Shown here: piece by piece, positions 1 to 10,211 of the stretch
Layout of the letters: each line of letters begins with the position of its first letter
How positions within the stretch are numbered: position 1 is the first letter of the stretch
Source: Candidatus Palauibacter poriticola
GTDB taxonomy: Bacteria > Gemmatimonadota > Gemmatimonadetes > Palauibacterales > Palauibacteraceae
Assembly (NCBI GenBank): GCA_012270965.1
Contig: JAAXHJ010000070.1
Location: 8,083 to 72,082 of the forward strand
Length of the DNA stretch: 64,000 nt
Direction of reading: 5' to 3'
Translations under genes and position numbers: made by a program
The notes under the pieces: model-generated
Database searches by the model: none
What the model was told of the DNA's origin: nothing
What the model saw: only the letters and a program-made list of their open reading frames with translations

Positions 1-1759
1 GACCGCCCGTTGGCCCGGCCGGGCGGGGCGCGACGGCGGCGCCCTCCCAGTCGGGGTCGGCGGCCCCGACCCAGGTGCGCGTGGAGGCATCGTACTGCAG
101 ACCGTGGATGCGCCCGAACGCGCCCTGCCGCGGCGTGGGCGTGATCTCGAATCCCATCTCCCGGAATTCCTCCACCGAGGTTCCGGACCAGCCGTCCTCG
201 GGGCCCGCTTCCACGGAGAAGCCCGCGAGCCCGTCAGGCCCCATGTCGGGGTGCACCCGCGGCGCCGCGAGGGCGGCCGGTAGCGCCAGCCCGTCATCGA
301 CGACCCGGGTCACGGCTTGGACGACCGCCGAGATGATCCGGATGCCGCCGGCGGCGCCCAAGACGAGGAACGGCTCGCCGTCGTCGAGGACCATGAACGG
401 CGTGATGCCGGACCGCGCGCGCTCGCCGGGCTCGCTGATCCCCAAGTAGCCGCCCAGCGTCACCGCGTAGAGGAAGCCGAGTCCGGGCGTGGCGACCTTC
501 GCGCCCATGCCGGGGCCGATGGTCTGCGTGAGCGCGATGGCCATGCCGTTTCCATCGGCGGCGGAAAGGTGCGTCGTGTGGCCGTCCTCCGACGGCAGCA
601 CCGGCGCTCGACCTCCGTCGCCGTACCACGAAGGCGCGGCGGCGGACCGTGAACCCGCGGCCGAGGCGGACCATGAACCCGAGGCCGCGGCCCCCCGGAA
701 CTTCGCGTCGGACTCCATGGCGGCCTCCGCGGGCACCCTGACCTGCTCCGCCAACTGACGGGCGAAGGACTTCGACGTCACCCGCACGGCGGAGGAGTCC
801 GAACTCGGACGACGGTATTCCATCATGGCGAGGGCGAGCGATTGGGCGATGACGGAAGCCCACGCCTCGCCGCTCATGCTCTCGGGATCGAACCCCTCGG
901 CGATCTGGAGGGCGAGAATCGCGATCGCGCCGGAGGCCGGGATGTCGGAACCGACGATCTCGAACCCTCGGTAGGATCCGCGCACGATGCGCGAGTCCTC
1001 CGCCTCGTAGGCCGCCAGCGCGTCGCGCGTCAGGAAGCCGCCGTTCGCCGCCATGTCGTCGGCGATGCGGCCCGCAATCTCTCCCCGATAGAAGGCATCG
1101 CCGCCGCCGAGGGCAATCGCCCGCAGCGTCGCGGCCATGTCGGACTGCACGAGCCGGTCGCCGGGGAGATAGGGCGACCCGTCCGCCTTCAGGTAGTAGC
1201 GCCGGGCGCCTTCGGACTCCGCCACCTGGTCGCGCGATCCGGCCTGGCGCCGCGCTTCGCCGGGCAACAGCCGGAACCCGTGCGCCGCGTAATCGATCGC
1301 CGGGGCCATGATCGTGGTTAGCGGGAGGGACCCGTATTCCTCGTGCAGGCGCATGAGGCCGGCGACCGATCCGGGCACCCCGACGGTCGCGTAACCGTAG
1401 GCGGCGCGGGGCGCCGTGGCCGGGTCGTAGCCCAGCGGGACCGATGTCGTCCCATCGATGCCCGCGACCCCGCCGCCGGGTGTCCGAATGAGGATCTGGT
1501 TCCGTCCGCCGATGCTGTTCATGCTCGGTTCGACCACGGAGATCGCGAACGCGGCGGCAACGGCCGCATCCGCGGCGTTCCCTCCGAGTTCCAGCATCCG
1601 CGCGCCCGCGGTCGCGGCCAGAGGCTGCGCCGCGACGACGACCCCGTCCGCCGAGCGCGCGACCTGGGGCGCACTCTGCGCGCCCAGCCGAAGCGGAAGC
1701 ACCGCGAACGCGAGTATCGCGAGAACGGTCGTGCCGTGCATCCGGATGCGTGGCCTCAT
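1..1759 (-). CDS. ggt: Gamma-glutamyltransferase family protein (3' end outside window)
   Basis: Hand translation from ATG 1759 (GGAGG RBS upstream): signal-like N-terminus, then ...MLELGGNAADAAVAAAFAISVVEPSMNSIGG... and the Ntn-hydrolase cleavage motif GHTTHLSAAD (~560-590). Absent from the ORF track because no stop lies in the window. Confidence 0.9.
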   Translation of the reverse strand, partial: MRPRIRMHGTTVLAILAFAVLPLRLGAQSAPQVARSADGVVVAAQPLAATAGARMLELGGNAADAAVAAAFAISVVEPSMNSIGGRNQILIRTPGGGVAGIDGTTSVPLGYDPATAPRAAYGYATVGVPGSVAGLMRLHEEYGSLPLTTIMAPAIDYAAHGFRLLPGEARRQAGSRDQVAESEGARRYYLKADGSPYLPGDRLVQSDMAATLRAIALGGGDAFYRGEIAGRIADDMAANGGFLTRDALAAYEAEDSRIVRGSYRGFEIVGSDIPASGAIAILALQIAEGFDPESMSGEAWASVIAQSLALAMMEYRRPSSDSSAVRVTSKSFARQLAEQVRVPAEAAMESDAKFRGAAASGSWSASAAGSRSAAAPSWYGDGGRAPVLPSEDGHTTHLSAADGNGMAIALTQTIGPGMGAKVATPGLGFLYAVTLGGYLGISEPGERARSGITPFMVLDDGEPFLVLGAAGGIRIISAVVQAVTRVVDDGLALPAALAAPRVHPDMGPDGLAGFSVEAGPEDGWSGTSVEEFREMGFEITPTPRQGAFGRIHGLQYDASTRTWVGAADPDWEGAAVAPRPAGPTGG

Positions 1760-1904
1760 GGATCCTCCGTCGGTTTGCGGTCCCCAGCAGCCCGTGGGCA
1801 GGGGCCCTCGCCCGTAGCGAAGGCCCTGCCGTTCGAGTGGCGATGCATCCCGCCCGCAGGGAAACTTGCGCCCCCCGCGGGGCGTGACTAGGGTCCGAAT
1901 CCTC

Positions 1905-1934
1905 TTGACAAGAATGTTAAACGATTTGGATAAG
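1905..1934 (+). promoter_or_regulatory. Putative sigma70 promoter with overlapping TetR operator
   Basis: Perfect TTGACA at 1905-1910 in an AT-rich patch of the divergent ggt/tetR gap, plus an imperfect inverted repeat TTAAAC-gattt-GGATAA (1917-1933). The -10 element is poor. Confidence 0.45.
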
Positions 1935-1946
1935 GCGAGGATCGCG

Positions 1947-2618
1947 ATGGTACCGCAAGCTCCGGCCGCAGCCCGGCCCCCGGATACCGAACAGAGGATC
2001 TTCGACGCCGCGCTGACGGTGTTCGCCCGCAAGGGACGCGACGGCGCGCGCTTGCGGGAGATCGCGGACCACGCGGGGATCAATCGCGCCCTGCTGCACT
2101 ACTATTTTCGCACCAAAGAGCAACTCTACGAGGCCGTGTTCGAGCACGGATGCCGGCAGTTCATGACCGGCCTCAGCCAGTCGCTGCGGGCGGAGGAGGG
2201 GGTTGAGGACAGCCTGCGCGCCTTCGTGTACGGCTACATCGACTACATCTACGAGCATCAAGACATGGCCCGCCTCATGCTGAACGAATGCCTGTGCGGC
2301 GGCGGCGTCCTGGAGCGACACCTCGCCGCCGCCATCGAGGCGCGCGACGGGGTGCCGGGGCTCCTGCTCGAGGACCGGCTGCACGCGGCCGTCGAAGCGG
2401 GCGAGATCCGGGAGATCGACCTCCGGCACACGCTGCTCACGATCGTGTCGGCCTGCCTGTTTCCCTTCGTCGCCCTCCCGACCGTGCGCCTCTTCCACTC
2501 CCGCGCCGTGGAGGACTTCGATCGCTTCCTGCGGGAACGGAAGGCGCACATCGTGGATCTCCTGCTGGCGGGTCTGAGGCCGGCCGAGGTGGGAGTCGGG
2601 CGGGGGGAACTCGCGTGA
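1947..2618 (+). CDS. TetR/AcrR family transcriptional regulator
   Basis: TEQRIFDAALTVFARKGRDGARLREIADHAGINRALLHYYFRTKEQLY is a TetR HTH; first gene of the RND operon. Start chosen at ATG 1947. Confidence 0.93.
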   Translation: MVPQAPAAARPPDTEQRIFDAALTVFARKGRDGARLREIADHAGINRALLHYYFRTKEQLYEAVFEHGCRQFMTGLSQSLRAEEGVEDSLRAFVYGYIDYIYEHQDMARLMLNECLCGGGVLERHLAAAIEARDGVPGLLLEDRLHAAVEAGEIREIDLRHTLLTIVSACLFPFVALPTVRLFHSRAVEDFDRFLRERKAHIVDLLLAGLRPAEVGVGRGELA

Positions 2619-4234
2619 GCGCCGCGACGGCGGTCTCCGGGATCGGCGCGCGCGGCTTCCCGCGAGCGCGCGGGCTATTTCCGCTCAGGGTGGTGCCCGG
2701 GCTTCTCCTGCTCAGGGTGGCGGGCGGACTTCTCCTGCTCACGGTGGCGGGCGCGTGTTCGTTCGCGCCGGGCCCCCGGCTCCCGGGTACGGTCGCCGAA
2801 CTCCCCGCGGCGTACGAAGCGGAGACCCCCCCGGCCGACGCGGTGCGCGAGCCCCTCGACTGGTGGCGCGCGTTCGACGACGCGACGCTGGACCGCCTGA
2901 TCGAGACGGCGCTCGTCGCCAACCTCGACCTGCACGAGGCCGTCGCGCGGCTCGAGGAATTGCGGCACCGTTACCGGATCGCGCGCGCGCCCCTCTTCCC
3001 GGCGCTGACGCTCGACGTGAACGCCAACCGGTCCAGCACCCCCGCCAATACGGGTCTGGGGTCGCAGTTCGGGGGCGACGGGGATGACGCCGGCGGACCG
3101 ATCCCCGGGATCAGCTTCAACTTTCCCGACCGGTTCGAGTTCACGACCTACTCGGCTTCGCTCGGCTTCGCGTACGAACTCGATTTCTGGGGTCGGCTGC
3201 GCAACGAATCGGGGGCGGCGGTCCGCGACTTTCTGGCCTCCCGGGCGGACGCGGAGACCGTACGGCTCACGGTCATCGCCTCCACGATCTCGACGTATCT
3301 CGAAGTCGTCGCCGCGCGGGCGCAGCTCGCCATCGCCGAGGACAATGTCGATCTGCTCCGGGAGCGCGCCGAACTCACCCGGGAGCGGTATCAGGCAGGC
3401 GTGACGAACACCTTCGAACTCTATGCGATCCGGCAGCAGTACCGGACCGCCGAGGCGAACCTGCCGGGCCTGCGCACGGCCGTGGACGACGCGGAGGGAC
3501 GCCTGGCCCTCCTCGTGGGACGATACGCGGGAACGATCGAGGATCTGCTCCCGGCCGAACTCGCGCCGGCGGTCGATACGACGCCGATTCCCGGCGGGCT
3601 GCCGATGTCTCTGCTCGAGGACCGGCCCGACGTCGTGGCCGCGTTCGAACGCGTCGAGGCGGCCCGCCGCAGGGTGGGGGCCCGCCGGGCCGAACTGCTC
3701 CCCACGATTTCCCTGAACGGGGCCGTGGGGCGCCAGGCGGGCGCACTCGAGGACCTGCGTTTCGTCGACCAGTGGTTCACGAACCTGATCGGCGGCCTCG
3801 TCGCGCCGATCTTCCAGGGCGGTCGCCTGCGCGCCAACGTCGGGGCGGCTTGGGCGCAGTACGACCAGGCGCTGATCGCCTATGCGCGCACGGTGCTCGA
3901 CGCCTTCCGGGAAGTACGGACGAGCCTGCGGCAGTTCGAGAACGAGCGGGAGCGGTACGCGCATGTCGTGGAACAGGTTGCCGATGCCCGCACCTCGTTG
4001 GCGAACCAGTTGGAACGCTACCAGAGCGGGGTGGGGGACTACGTCGAGTACTTGGACGCGAGGGTCAACCTGAACGGTGCCGAAACCACCCAGGTGCTGG
4101 CCGAGCGCGGCATCGGAGAGGCGCGGCTCGCCGTGCACCGCGCCTTGGGCGGCGCGTGGGTGGCGGAGGCCCTCGAGGACGTCGAAACGAATGAAGGCAA
4201 GGGGGGCGCGGGGTCGCTTCCCGTTCGGAGATAG
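2615..4234 (+). CDS. RND efflux outer-membrane lipoprotein (NodT/TolC family)
   Basis: Lipobox VAGAC; WWRAFDDATLDRLIETALVANLDL, YELDFWGRLR, RPDVVAA, PIFQGGRL and ALGGAW motifs; GTG overlaps the tetR stop (GTGA). Confidence 0.93.
   Translation: MSAATAVSGIGARGFPRARGLFPLRVVPGLLLLRVAGGLLLLTVAGACSFAPGPRLPGTVAELPAAYEAETPPADAVREPLDWWRAFDDATLDRLIETALVANLDLHEAVARLEELRHRYRIARAPLFPALTLDVNANRSSTPANTGLGSQFGGDGDDAGGPIPGISFNFPDRFEFTTYSASLGFAYELDFWGRLRNESGAAVRDFLASRADAETVRLTVIASTISTYLEVVAARAQLAIAEDNVDLLRERAELTRERYQAGVTNTFELYAIRQQYRTAEANLPGLRTAVDDAEGRLALLVGRYAGTIEDLLPAELAPAVDTTPIPGGLPMSLLEDRPDVVAAFERVEAARRRVGARRAELLPTISLNGAVGRQAGALEDLRFVDQWFTNLIGGLVAPIFQGGRLRANVGAAWAQYDQALIAYARTVLDAFREVRTSLRQFENERERYAHVVEQVADARTSLANQLERYQSGVGDYVEYLDARVNLNGAETTQVLAERGIGEARLAVHRALGGAWVAEALEDVETNEGKGGAGSLPVRR
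2675..2755 (+). repeat. Three 27-bp tandem units in the signal-peptide region
   Basis: ctatttccgctcagggtggtgcccggg / cttctcctgctcagggtggcgggcgga / cttctcctgctcacggtggcgggcgcg. Confidence 0.75.
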
Positions 4235-4242
4235 GCGGAGCG

Positions 4243-5577
4243 ATGGAAGACGGAACGCGGCGGACGCCGCACGAGCCGGGAGACGCCGAGGCGTCCGTCG
4301 CCCGGCCGGGGTTCCTGAAGCGGTTGGTGCAGGGGGCGATCGTCATCGGCGTGGGAGTGGTCGGCTTCGCGCTGCTGTTCGGCATGCGCGCCGAACCGGC
4401 GGAAGTGGAGCCGCCGCGCGTGATCCCCACCGTGAGCACGGTGCCCGCCCGCGTGACGCGGGGCGCGATCAAGGTGCGGGGCGGCGGCACGGTCCGGCCC
4501 CGCGCGGAGGTCACGATCGCGTCGCAGGTCGGCGGGCGCGTGATCTGGACATCGCCCGCTCTCGTGAGCGGCGGGCGCTTTCTCGAGAACGAGCCCCTCC
4601 TGCGGGTGGACCCGGCCGACTATGAGAACGCCGTCGAGGCCGCCGAGGCGGACGTCGCCCAGCGCGAGGTAGCCCTGCTGGAAGCCGAGGAGGACGCCCG
4701 GCTGGCACTCGACGAATGGAGGCGCCTCGCCGCCCGTGAGAACCTCGACCCGACGCCGCCGAACGCGCTCGTCGCGCGGCAGCCGCAACTCGATGCGGCC
4801 GAGGCGGCCCTCAGGAGCGCCAAGGCGAGGCTGGAAGATGCGCGGCTGGCGCTGGAACGGACTTGGATTCGGGCTCCGTTCAACGTAATCGTGCGCGAGG
4901 AAACGGTCGATCCGGGGCAGTTCGTCGCGGCCGGCCAGACCGTTGGCCGTCTGTACGCGACAGACGCGGTGGAGATCGTGGTGCCGCTGAGCGACAACGA
5001 GGCCGCGCTGATCGAACGCCTGTGGAGCGCGCGCGCGGGCGATGCGGCGACCCGCATTCCGGTCGACATCGTGTCCGAGTACGGCGGGATCGAGTACGCG
5101 TGGTCGGGATACGTGGACCGGGCGGAGGCGGCGCTCGACGAGCAGACGAGAACGGTCGACGTGGTGGTGACGGTCCCCGAGCCGTTCACGCCCGCGGAGG
5201 GCGATCTCCGCCGCCCGCCGCTCCTGCTCGGCAGCTACGCGACGGTCGATATCGAAGGCACGAGCTTCGAGGAATACGCCGTCGTCCCGGCCGCCGCCGT
5301 CCGCGATGGCGATGTCCTCTGGACGGTGGCGGACGACACCCTGCTCGTCATGACCCCGGTCGAGCCGATCCAGGAGGTGGACGACGAAGCCATGGTGCTC
5401 GGACCGATCCCCGACGGAACCCCGGTCATCGTTTCGATGCTCCTCTTCGTCACCGACAGCATGACGGTGCGGCCGGTGCAGTTGCTCGAGAGCGCCGGAC
5501 CGCGGGGGGCGGGTGCCGGGCCCAGGGGGCGGGGCGCCGACCCTGACGCGGACGAGCGGGAAGGGGACGGCTCATGA
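4243..5577 (+). CDS. RND efflux periplasmic adaptor (membrane fusion protein)
   Basis: N-terminal TM segment, GTVRPRAEVTIASQVGGRV, alpha-hairpin, IRAPFNVIV; lies between the OMF and the RND permease. Confidence 0.93.
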   Translation: MEDGTRRTPHEPGDAEASVARPGFLKRLVQGAIVIGVGVVGFALLFGMRAEPAEVEPPRVIPTVSTVPARVTRGAIKVRGGGTVRPRAEVTIASQVGGRVIWTSPALVSGGRFLENEPLLRVDPADYENAVEAAEADVAQREVALLEAEEDARLALDEWRRLAARENLDPTPPNALVARQPQLDAAEAALRSAKARLEDARLALERTWIRAPFNVIVREETVDPGQFVAAGQTVGRLYATDAVEIVVPLSDNEAALIERLWSARAGDAATRIPVDIVSEYGGIEYAWSGYVDRAEAALDEQTRTVDVVVTVPEPFTPAEGDLRRPPLLLGSYATVDIEGTSFEEYAVVPAAAVRDGDVLWTVADDTLLVMTPVEPIQEVDDEAMVLGPIPDGTPVIVSMLLFVTDSMTVRPVQLLESAGPRGAGAGPRGRGADPDADEREGDGS

Positions 5578-8500
5578 GGCGGGCGATCGGGTGGATGGCC
5601 AGGCACGGCGTCGCCGCCAACCTACTCATGGTGCTGATCATTCTGGCGGGCTTGGTGAGCCTCATCAGTCTGCCCCAGGAGACGTTCCCGGAGATCTCCC
5701 TCGACACGATTCAGGTGCAGGTCCAGTACCCCGGCGCGTCGCCCGACGAAGTCGAGCAGGCGATCGTGCGCCGGATCGAGGAGCGGATCACGGGCATCCA
5801 GGGCGTCGACCGCGTGACGAGCGCCGCCTCGGAGAACGTCGGCGTGGTGCTGGCCGAACTGTCGCTGGGCGCGGACCAGTCGAAGACGCTGGATGAGATC
5901 AAGTCCGCCGTGGACCGGATCACGAGTTTCCCGGTCGATGCGGAGGAGCCGGAGGTGGTCGCGCTGACCGCGGAGGGCCGCGTCATGGAGATCGCGATCT
6001 TCGGCGACGTTCCAGAGCGGACCCTCAAGGAGATCGCGAACCGGGTCAAGGACGACCTCACCTCGCTGCCGACGATCTCCCTCGTCCGCGTGGCGGGGGT
6101 GCGGCAGTACGAGATCTCGATCGAAGTGTCGAAGGAAGCCCTGCGCGCCCACGGTCTGGCCCTCGACGAGGTGGCCGCGGCGGTGCGGCGCGGCAGCCTC
6201 GACCTTCCCGGCGGGAGCGTCGAGACCGACCGCGAGGAGATTCTCGTTCACATCCGGGGTCAGAACTACACCCGGGCGGACTTCGCGGACCTCGTCGTGC
6301 GGGCGAGCGTCGACGGGTCGATGCTCCGCCTTTCCGACATCGCGGACATCCAGGACGGTTTCGAGCACGTCGACCTCATCAACGCCTACAACGGACAGCC
6401 GACGGCCTTCGTCCAAGTGCTGCGCACGGGAGACGAGCGCATCCTTGAGATCGTCGATGAGGTGGATCGCTACCTGGAGGAAGAGCTGGCCGTCTCTCTG
6501 CCGCGGGGCGTCGACTACGGCATCTGGCGCAGCGAGGCCGAATACCTGCAAAGCCGCATCGACCTCCTCATCAAGAACGGCCGGCTGGGCCTGATCCTGG
6601 TGCTCATAGCGCTCGCTCTCTTCCTCGACCTGCGCCTCGCGTTCTGGACCGCGGTCGGCATCTTCCTCTCCTTCGCCGGCGTGTTCGCGGTGATGGCGTG
6701 GGTCGGCATCTCCATCAACATGATGACCCTGTTCGGCTTCATCCTCGCGATCGGGATCGTGGTGGACGACGCGATCGTGGTGGGGGAGAACATCTTCGCC
6801 GAACGGGAAAGGGGGGCGTCCAGGCTGCGAGCGGCCATAGAGGGGGCGAGACGCGTATCCGTACCGGTGATCTTCGCCGTGCTCACGACCGTTGCGGCGT
6901 TCACTCCGCTGCTCTTCGTGCCCGGTAGCCTCGGGAAGTTCCTCTACGTGATCCCCGCGATCGTGATCTCCGTGCTGCTGCTCTCGCTCGTCGAGGTCCT
7001 GTTCATCCTCCCCCACCACCTCTCGCACCTGCCGGCGCCGGGCGCGGGTCGAGGCGGAGGAGGTCTGCTGAGGCCCGTCTACCGCCTGCAGGCGGGGGTA
7101 CAGACGAATCTGCAACGCTTCATCGATGGTCCGCTGGAGCGTTCCGTGCGGTTCGCGGTGCGGCGCCCGGGGCTGACCGTGCTCGGGGCCGTCTCCTCCC
7201 TCTTGATCGTGGCGGGGCTGGTGGCGGGACGGCATCTCCGATTCAGCCTTCTGCCCGTGATCGAGGGCGAGGAAGTCGTCGCCTACATCGAGATGGCCGA
7301 GGGGACGACCAGCGAGCGCACCTTGGAAGTCGCGAGCTACGTGGAGGGACAGGGATACGCGGCGATCGCGGACCTGGAAGCGCAGTTGCCGGAGGACGAG
7401 CCGCCCCTGGTCGAAGCCATCTTCACCAGCATCGGGCAGCGCCCCTCGCAGGCCGGAGGCCCCGGCATGAGCGCCGAAGCGACCTTCATCCGGTCCAACA
7501 TCGCCGAGGTCAGCCTGCGATTGTCCGACCCGGAGATCCGGGACTTGCCGGCCATCGAAGTGGAGCGGGCCTGGCGGGAGCGCGTCGGGCCGGTCGCGGG
7601 CGCCCGGGAACTCACCTTCAGCTCCATGCTCATCGACCTGGGGTCGCCGGTGCAGGTGGAACTCTCCCACCCGGACACGGCCATGCTGACCGCGGCGGTC
7701 CCGGACTTCACCGACCGCCTGATGCGCATTGCGGGCGTGACGGAAGTCCGCGACGACCGGGGCCGGGGCAAGCGCGAGCTGGAGCTGGAACTCAAGCCCG
7801 CCGCCCGCACGCTCGGGATCACACTCGACGACTTGGCGCGCCAGGTGCGCGGAGCGTTCTTCGGGAACGAGGTCTATCGCCTGCAGCGGGGCCGCGACGA
7901 GGTGCGCGTCTACGTCCGGCTGCCCGAGTCGGAGCGGAACACGCTCGCCGACCTGCAGGACTACCGGATCCGCACGCCGACCGGAGGGGAGGCGCCGCTG
8001 TCGGAGGTCGCCGACGTGTCCTTCGGGGTCGCCTCATCGACGATCAACCGGATCGACGGACGCCGCATCGTGACGGTCACGGCGGATGTCGACGCCGCCA
8101 TCATCACGGGACAGGAAGTCAACACGGAGATCACGTCGGCGATCCTGCCGGATCTGCAGACCCGATACCCGGGCCTTCGCTACGGGTTCGGCGGAGAGCA
8201 GCGCCAGCAGACGCTGGCCTTCGAGGGGATCGCCCGCGGCTTCCTGCTTGCCCTGCTCGCGATCTACGCCCTTCTCGCCATCCCCTTCCGCTCGTACCTG
8301 CAGCCGCTGGTCGTCATGGCCTCGATCCCCCTGGGGCTCGTCGGCGCCGCGGTCGGGCACCTGATCATGGGACTCGACCTCGGCATGCTCTCCATGTTCG
8401 GGCTCGTGGGCCTGTCGGGCGTGGTCGTGAACGATTCGCTCGTGTTGATCGATTTCATCAACGAACGCCACCGGGCGGGGCTCCCCATGTCGGAAGCCAT

Positions 8501-8813
8501 CGTGCAGGGGGCGAAGGTTCGCTTCCGTCCCATCATGCTGACCTCCGTGACCACCTTCCTCGGGGTGTCGCCGATCATCCTCGAGCGCAGCACGCAGGCG
8601 CAGTTCCTCTCCCCCATGGCGGTGAGTCTCGGGTTCGGGATCCTGTTCGCCACCTTCATCATCATGCTCGCGGTGCCGGCCCTGGCGATGATGAACCACA
8701 CGCTCACGATGAGGTTGAAGCGCCGGGTCAGTCGCCTACCCACACAGTCTTCACGTTCACGAACTCGCGGATCGCGTGGGGGCCCAGTTCCCGCCCGTAG
8801 CCGGAGCGTTTGA
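5574..8813 (+). CDS. RND efflux permease (AcrB/AcrD/AcrF family)
   Basis: 1079 aa; GIVVDDAIVVGENI proton-relay motif, RFRPIMLTSVTT, two large periplasmic loops. Confidence 0.95.
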   Translation: MRRAIGWMARHGVAANLLMVLIILAGLVSLISLPQETFPEISLDTIQVQVQYPGASPDEVEQAIVRRIEERITGIQGVDRVTSAASENVGVVLAELSLGADQSKTLDEIKSAVDRITSFPVDAEEPEVVALTAEGRVMEIAIFGDVPERTLKEIANRVKDDLTSLPTISLVRVAGVRQYEISIEVSKEALRAHGLALDEVAAAVRRGSLDLPGGSVETDREEILVHIRGQNYTRADFADLVVRASVDGSMLRLSDIADIQDGFEHVDLINAYNGQPTAFVQVLRTGDERILEIVDEVDRYLEEELAVSLPRGVDYGIWRSEAEYLQSRIDLLIKNGRLGLILVLIALALFLDLRLAFWTAVGIFLSFAGVFAVMAWVGISINMMTLFGFILAIGIVVDDAIVVGENIFAERERGASRLRAAIEGARRVSVPVIFAVLTTVAAFTPLLFVPGSLGKFLYVIPAIVISVLLLSLVEVLFILPHHLSHLPAPGAGRGGGGLLRPVYRLQAGVQTNLQRFIDGPLERSVRFAVRRPGLTVLGAVSSLLIVAGLVAGRHLRFSLLPVIEGEEVVAYIEMAEGTTSERTLEVASYVEGQGYAAIADLEAQLPEDEPPLVEAIFTSIGQRPSQAGGPGMSAEATFIRSNIAEVSLRLSDPEIRDLPAIEVERAWRERVGPVAGARELTFSSMLIDLGSPVQVELSHPDTAMLTAAVPDFTDRLMRIAGVTEVRDDRGRGKRELELELKPAARTLGITLDDLARQVRGAFFGNEVYRLQRGRDEVRVYVRLPESERNTLADLQDYRIRTPTGGEAPLSEVADVSFGVASSTINRIDGRRIVTVTADVDAAIITGQEVNTEITSAILPDLQTRYPGLRYGFGGEQRQQTLAFEGIARGFLLALLAIYALLAIPFRSYLQPLVVMASIPLGLVGAAVGHLIMGLDLGMLSMFGLVGLSGVVVNDSLVLIDFINERHRAGLPMSEAIVQGAKVRFRPIMLTSVTTFLGVSPIILERSTQAQFLSPMAVSLGFGILFATFIIMLAVPALAMMNHTLTMRLKRRVSRLPTQSSRSRTRGSRGGPVPARSRSV

Positions 8814-10110
8814 TGCCGCCGAAGGGGACGCGGGGATCGGAAGCGGACATCCCGTTGATGAAGACGCCGCCGGCCTCCAGGTCGCGGACCGCCCGGGCCC
8901 GTTGCTCGGGATCGTTCGTCCAGATGGCGGAGCAGAGGCCGAACTCGGTCGCGTTCGCGCGCTCGATAGCCTCGTCCATGCCGGCGACCGGGAAAACGCT
9001 GGCCACCGGGCCGAAGATCTCGTCATCCGTGGCCGGCGATCCGTCCGGGATGTCCGTGAGCACGGTCGGCTCGTAGAACCATCCGCGCCGGTCGGGCACG
9101 CGTCCACCGGTGGCTGGCCGCGCGCCGGCCGCCACGGTGGCCTCCACCTGCTCGGCGACCTTGTCCCTCAGGTCGCGGCGGGCCAGCGGTCCGATTTCAA
9201 CGTCGGGCTCCTTCGGGTCGCCGACGCGGAGCGCCGACACGCGTTCGACGAGCCGCTGGGTGAACTCGTCGACGATCGAACTCTGGACGAGCATCCGCTT
9301 GGCGGCGATGCACGACTGGCCGTTGTTCCACATGCGGGCATCGACGGCCGTCGCGACGGCCCGCTCGAGGTCCGCGCTCTCCATGATGATGAAGGGGTCG
9401 CTGCCGCCGAGTTCGAGCACGGTCGTCTTGATGCGGCGTCCCGCCTCGGCCGCGAGCGCGGAGCCGGCGGCGACGGAGCCCGTGAGAGAGGCGGCCTGCA
9501 CCGCCGGGTCGTCGAGTACGCGGGGGATGTCCTCGACCTCGACGAAGACGTTCTGGAATACGCCCTCGGGGAATCCTGCGCGCGAGAACAGTCCCTCGAG
9601 CGCGACCGCGCACTGCGGCACGTTCGGCGAGTGCTTGAGCAGGAAGACGTTGCCCGCCAGCACCGTCGGCACCGCGGAGCGCATGGCCTGCCAGAACGGG
9701 AAGTTCCACGGCATGATCCCGAGCACCGCGCCCAGCGGATGGTACTCGACCCAGCAGTGCGTGCCGGTGGACTCGAAGCGCTCCGGCGCCAGGTGCGCGG
9801 CTCCGTGCTCCGCGTAATATCGGCACACCCAGGCGCATTTCTCCGCCTCGGCGACCGCGCTGGCGAGCGGCTTGCCCATCTCGCGCGTCATCAGCAGACC
9901 GTACGCGGCCTTGCCCCGCTCGACGAGTTCCGCCAAGGCGAGAAGACGTTCGGCCCTCTCGGCCACCGGCACCCGCCTCCACGTCTCGAACGCGTCGCGC
10001 GCCCGCTCCAGCGCGGCGTCGATGCCGCTCCCGCCCAGAGCGGGAAACGCGGCGAGCCGTTCCTCCGTGGTCGGATCTATGCTTTCGAAGGGCATCTCGT
10101 CCTCTCCCAC
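8728..10110 (-). CDS. NAD(P)-dependent succinate-semialdehyde dehydrogenase-like aldehyde dehydrogenase
   Basis: IMPWNFPFWQ, LTGS, LELGGSDP, NNGQSCIAAKR (catalytic Cys), EIFGP and PFGGIKRSGYGRE. Confidence 0.9.
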   Translation of the reverse strand: MGEDEMPFESIDPTTEERLAAFPALGGSGIDAALERARDAFETWRRVPVAERAERLLALAELVERGKAAYGLLMTREMGKPLASAVAEAEKCAWVCRYYAEHGAAHLAPERFESTGTHCWVEYHPLGAVLGIMPWNFPFWQAMRSAVPTVLAGNVFLLKHSPNVPQCAVALEGLFSRAGFPEGVFQNVFVEVEDIPRVLDDPAVQAASLTGSVAAGSALAAEAGRRIKTTVLELGGSDPFIIMESADLERAVATAVDARMWNNGQSCIAAKRMLVQSSIVDEFTQRLVERVSALRVGDPKEPDVEIGPLARRDLRDKVAEQVEATVAAGARPATGGRVPDRRGWFYEPTVLTDIPDGSPATDDEIFGPVASVFPVAGMDEAIERANATEFGLCSAIWTNDPEQRARAVRDLEAGGVFINGMSASDPRVPFGGIKRSGYGRELGPHAIREFVNVKTVWVGD

Positions 10111-10211
10111 GAGACGTTACCGTTGAGGGAACGTCATCACCATCAAGAAAATCGTCCGGTCTCGGAGCTTGAGCCGCAAGCCCCGGACGAACCTCGCGCG
10201 GTGGAGCGCCC

